Below, one piece after another: positions 60,566 to 64,000 of a stretch of 64,000 nucleotides of DNA. Source of the DNA: Escherichia phage JEP6; sequence record MT764206.1. The stretch is one strand, 5' to 3'. Each line of letters starts with the position of its first letter. Position 1 is the first letter of the stretch. The notes under the pieces are model-generated. The model was not told where the DNA came from and made no database searches. It worked only from the letters and a program-made list of their open reading frames with translations. The position numbers were made by a program, and so were the translations under genes.

Positions 60566-60944
60566 AGAATATGATGGAAAAGACTATATAAGCACCGCAT
60601 ACAGATTGAACTAATACCATTCCAAAGAACCAAACAATATTATCAAACAATGTCTGTTTTACGTCGAAAGGACGTAAACTTACAGTAATATTATCACCTT
60701 TTTCTATTGAAGAATACATCTCTGGGGAAATATATTCACTAAATCTATAACCGTCTTTGAGTTCATATATAGCAATAAACGATAAACTAGACCCCTTTCC
60801 TTGTGTTCCTGTAATAGTATTAACTACAGTAACATCATAATCTTTATAATGCATATAATCATTAATTGCGTAATAACCATATGCAATTACTATACATAAA
60901 CAACATATCAATAAATTCAATCTTTTAATTATCAACTGTTTCAT
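60537..60944 (-). CDS. membrane protein
   Basis: 135 aa, N- and C-terminal TM helices. Confidence 0.5.
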   Translation of the reverse strand: MKQLIIKRLNLLICCLCIVIAYGYYAINDYMHYKDYDVTVVNTITGTQGKGSSLSFIAIYELKDGYRFSEYISPEMYSSIEKGDNITVSLRPFDVKQTLFDNIVWFFGMVLVQSVCGAYIVFSIIFCVFSKIEIE

Positions 60945-60999
60945 AATAATCTCAATTAAAAGGGCTTAGAACCATTATACCATCCTTGGTATAAAGCGG

Positions 61000-61527
61000 T
61001 TATGCGAGTACCGTCTTTAACCGTTCTTCAAACTTCCGAAGAGTATTCTGGCGTTCAGCTCTTTGCTTTTTGTAAGTTTCAATACGCTCTGAAATGAGAG
61101 TGTATCGTTCATTTACTGATTCTTTCATAAAATCAGGAATTTCACGAGAAGCTTTAATCTCGTCAAATTTATCAATAACAGCTTGCTCTTCAGCAATTAA
61201 GTTATCATACATCAAAATATCTTTCTTGATGAACTCAATATCTTCTTGAGTTACACGAGATAATTTAGATGCTTTATCCTTTTTGTACTGTTCGTTAGTA
61301 TCACGAGACCAGTGTAATGTACGATTTTTATTCGTATTCTTGTAAATTTCTACAATACCGATCTCATCGATAATAACGATCCAATTCCAACGGGATTTGT
61401 AAATTTGTCCTCCATCAACAGTGATTTCACCTCCGATTGAGATGTCATTAAAGAACTTGCTTTGTGCTTCTGATTTAAATTTACCATCGTTGTAATTTAC
61501 CAGGTTGAAAATATCTTTAGCGTTCAT
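61000..61527 (-). CDS. hypothetical protein
   Basis: 175 aa, SD GGAGGAA. Confidence 0.5.
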   Translation of the reverse strand: MNAKDIFNLVNYNDGKFKSEAQSKFFNDISIGGEITVDGGQIYKSRWNWIVIIDEIGIVEIYKNTNKNRTLHWSRDTNEQYKKDKASKLSRVTQEDIEFIKKDILMYDNLIAEEQAVIDKFDEIKASREIPDFMKESVNERYTLISERIETYKKQRAERQNTLRKFEERLKTVLA

Positions 61528-61555
61528 TTTGTGTTCCTCCGTAGTTGATAGTTGT

Positions 61556-61585
61556 ATAGTACCACAGAGGAACGGTCTTGTAAAC
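61556..61585 (-). promoter_or_regulatory. early promoter (GTTTAC / TGGTACTAT)
   Basis: Family member. Confidence 0.55.
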
Positions 61586-61587
61586 CA

Positions 61588-61902
61588 CTAAAAGAAACTT
61601 CTTTCACAATTTTTTCCACTGAACCATGCGCTCACTGCTTTCTTAGTCTCAGGAGCAGTGTTATCCATAAACCATTCAAAGGCAGCCTTTTTATGATTCT
61701 GGAGGGCTTCTCGGGCTTTAATCTGCTCACGGTCTATTAACACTAACATATGAGCCTTTCTTGTCACCATGGGCTTCTTATGATTTTTTGAATACTCCCA
61801 ATCATTTGTCCATCGCATCGTTGTTGCGAATTGAAGTACAGCTTCTTTAATCTTAGTTTCGTAAATTTCACGAGCCTTTGAGTATAACATCATTACCTCC
61901 AT
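61588..61902 (-). CDS. hypothetical protein
   Basis: 104 aa. Confidence 0.45.
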   Translation of the reverse strand: MEVMMLYSKAREIYETKIKEAVLQFATTMRWTNDWEYSKNHKKPMVTRKAHMLVLIDREQIKAREALQNHKKAAFEWFMDNTAPETKKAVSAWFSGKNCERSFF

Positions 61903-61992
61903 TTACCAGTTTAATTCTAGTCATCTTTTTAATGGCAGTCCATATAATCTATTTCTGAACTGCCTTTTTGTCTTAGAAGTCCTCTTATGAAT

Positions 61993-62979
61993 TTATTTCA
62001 GAAGAGTAACCTCAGCGATTTCTTCCCAACCGTTTTTGTCGGTCATAATGAAGTCAGCAAGATAAAGAGCAGTACGCAGTGAAACATTACGTAAACGGTT
62101 AACATTGACTTTCATCCATGATAATGCTTTATAAGTTTCTTCATCAGAAAGACCGCGCTTTTGCATCATGTCAGTTGAAAGAATAACATCTTCAACCCTG
62201 ACCATAATTTCTTCATTAGTGTGAACACCCAAATCCAAATAAACCGAGCGGGACACTAATGCTTGTAAATGTGGAGCAAGTTTAGTACCACGGTCTAATT
62301 CGCGGTCAATGTCAACGTTTGTGATAAAAACAATCGTTCCTTTAAATTCAAACTCACGCTCAATGCCTTTTTCTTCTAAGTAAGAAGACGCAGTGCTCCA
62401 GCAGACTTTACGGGTCTCTCCAGTGTCCAGAGCGGCTTTTAGAAGATTAAGAATGTCCATATCAGAGAAAACATCCACATCATCAATCAAAAGGACAGAA
62501 TTCTCTTCACGATTATTCCAAAGCTGCTCATAAAGACCAATACCAGAGATTTTACCATTAATGCTTTTATATTCAATGTATCCAATATCATTTGCTTTAT
62601 TTAAAGCTTTATCTAAAGAATACGTTTTACCAATACCTGCTGCGCCAGAGATAATTAATGAACGAATATTTCCGTTAATAATACCATTCGTCATCATTCC
62701 CATAACATTAAATCTTTTATTAATGCGGGTTTTCATATCTTCATATGATTCTTTAACTTCTTCAACTTTTACACCATCATATGAAATATCTGATTTGTAA
62801 ACCCAAACACCGCGACGTTTACCGTCAATTTCAACAAAAACTTTACCATCTCCTTGTGCATCTACCGGAGCATTATCTGGGAACCATTCTCCTAAGAGCT
62901 CAAAAGTTCCAGAGATTTCTTTACCGAAGTAGATACCCTTATTGATAGTTACAGTTTTCATTTTATTCTCCAATTTCAC
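61993..62979 (-). CDS. P-loop NTPase of unknown function
   Basis: 328 aa; Walker A GAAGIGKT, Walker B VLLIDDVD. Confidence 0.6.
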   Translation of the reverse strand: MKLENKMKTVTINKGIYFGKEISGTFELLGEWFPDNAPVDAQGDGKVFVEIDGKRRGVWVYKSDISYDGVKVEEVKESYEDMKTRINKRFNVMGMMTNGIINGNIRSLIISGAAGIGKTYSLDKALNKANDIGYIEYKSINGKISGIGLYEQLWNNREENSVLLIDDVDVFSDMDILNLLKAALDTGETRKVCWSTASSYLEEKGIEREFEFKGTIVFITNVDIDRELDRGTKLAPHLQALVSRSVYLDLGVHTNEEIMVRVEDVILSTDMMQKRGLSDEETYKALSWMKVNVNRLRNVSLRTALYLADFIMTDKNGWEEIAEVTLLK

Positions 62980-62997
62980 ATTTGTTTTGATAGGGTA

Positions 62998-63027
62998 ATA
63001 GTATCACACTACTACCCTACTGTAAAC
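62998..63027 (-). promoter_or_regulatory. early promoter (GTTTAC / TGATACTAT)
   Basis: 18-nt spacing. Confidence 0.45.
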
Positions 63028-63030
63028 AAT

Positions 63031-63294
63031 TTATTTTAATGTTTGCCAAATTTTTACTGCTTCGCGACGAGATACTTCTACAGCTCCAAGTTCTACGGCT
63101 TTTTGGCGTCGGCGAGCATGTAAGTCATAATGTTTAATGCGTTTATCTTGAAACCAAGAACGTTTCATTCCTATTGCTTCTGCCATTTTATGAAGCTCTT
63201 CAATATCTCCATCAGTGAACATATGACAATTTTTAGTTGGATGACCGCGAAGTTTCCATCCATGATTCATTAAAACATCTACGTAAACTGTCAT
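63031..63294 (-). CDS. small conserved protein of unknown function
   Basis: 87 aa; motifs GWKLRGHPTKNCHMFTD and KRSWFQ...HYDL. Confidence 0.5.
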   Translation of the reverse strand: MTVYVDVLMNHGWKLRGHPTKNCHMFTDGDIEELHKMAEAIGMKRSWFQDKRIKHYDLHARRRQKAVELGAVEVSRREAVKIWQTLK

Positions 63295-63440
63295 TGATTC
63301 TTCTCCAAATAAGTTTCGATAATTTTCTGAGCGAGATAAACTGCATTATCTTCAGTTGCATCTTCTAAGAAACTTTCAAAACACTCTGAAATTTCTTCTG
63401 TGTCAATCAACTTTTTTACTTCAATTGGTGTAATTTTCAT
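63291..63440 (-). CDS. small acidic protein (49 aa)
   Basis: MKITPIEVKKLIDTEEISE...; ATGA-coupled. Confidence 0.35.
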   Translation of the reverse strand: MKITPIEVKKLIDTEEISECFESFLEDATEDNAVYLAQKIIETYLEKNQ

Positions 63441-63476
63441 TTTGTTTTCCGTTTAAGTGTTTGTTTTGATAGTTGT

Positions 63477-63506
63477 ATAGTACCATAAAGCTTTATGCTT
63501 GTAAAC
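63477..63506 (-). promoter_or_regulatory. early promoter (GTTTAC / TGGTACTAT)
   Basis: Family member. Confidence 0.55.
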
Positions 63507-63538
63507 CACTTTGTGAAAAAATTTTTGAAATAAAAAAA

Positions 63539-63557
63539 GGGAGCCCGAAGGCTCCCT
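63539..63557 (-). terminator. hairpin GGGAGCC-UUCG-GGCUCCC with U-run
   Basis: 7-bp stem, UUCG loop, then UUUUUUUAUUU. Confidence 0.5.
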
Positions 63558-63558
63558 A

Positions 63559-64000
63559 TCATTTATAATAACTTCGGTGGTTTTCAAGATAGACCTTCTC
63601 AAGGAAGTCATCCCAGAAACTCATGTCTACTGTTTTAGGCATACCGTTCTTAGAAGCTTCAGTAGATGCTGCTTCTACTTGATCGACCACATCTTCCAAA
63701 AACTCTTGAACCGTTTTAAATGGATGTTTACCCAACTTCACGTCGAGAATAAATGGAGCATCTTGGAGTGGATAAACCAAGTCACCAGTTTTGTAAATTT
63801 CCAATAGTTGGAGTCCACCACGACAAGCATGACTCAGAGCTTTCCAGTCAATGCCTTCATTGGCTTCGGCCTTACGAGCGCGTTCACCGTATTCAGCATC
63901 TAATTTGTTCAGTGACTGCTTAAGCTCAATAAGAGAAAGCGTTGTCTGATATTTACGACCCAACACTGTGTAAAACGTTTGTGGGCCTGTTTTCTCATGA
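63559..64000 (-). CDS. hypothetical protein, 5' end beyond window
   Basis: Frame open to window edge, at least 146 codons. Confidence 0.45.
   Translation of the reverse strand, partial: HEKTGPQTFYTVLGRKYQTTLSLIELKQSLNKLDAEYGERARKAEANEGIDWKALSHACRGGLQLLEIYKTGDLVYPLQDAPFILDVKLGKHPFKTVQEFLEDVVDQVEAASTEASKNGMPKTVDMSFWDDFLEKVYLENHRSYYK

Overview
This window reads as ~64 kb of a T4-like (T-even, Tequatrovirus-type) myophage genome. Nearly all genes run leftward (minus strand) in tight, often overlapping operons; only the gp38-like adhesin tail, holin t and one small ORF are on the plus strand. In T4 order the window covers: gp38-like adhesin C-terminus and holin t; asiA-arn-motA-52; ac-stp-ndd-denB; rIIB-rIIA; gene 60 / HNH mobA / gene 39 (split topoisomerase II large subunit); dexA-dda-modA-modB-soc-56-dam-61-sp-dmd-41-40-uvsX; a glycosyltransferase, then 42-imm-43; regA-62-44-45-rpbA-46-47-alpha-gt-55; nrdH-nrdG-nrdD-49-nrdC; and a variable region with a four-gene paralog array. 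Gene assignments rest on my recognition of T4 protein sequences, sizes and gene order; no database search was run. Three recoding or mobile features stand out: a 50-nt programmed translational bypass inside gene 60, the HNH cassette splitting the topoisomerase gene, and a ~1 kb group I intron with a GIY-YIG (I-TevII-like) ORF inside nrdD. The phage is a mosaic rather than T4 itself: the beta-gt locus holds a different, DxD-motif glycosyltransferase and the adhesin tail is glycine-rich (T2/T6-type). I did not find a wholly unprecedented system; the best candidates for unexplored biology are the paralog array, the glycosyltransferase and the P-loop ATPase neighbourhood. Thirteen early-promoter copies (GTTTAC, 18 nt, TGG-TAnnAT) and 14 UUCG/CGAA-tetraloop hairpins punctuate the operons. 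The ORF track treats GTG/TTG as M, so several listed starts are over-extended; I corrected those I could check.
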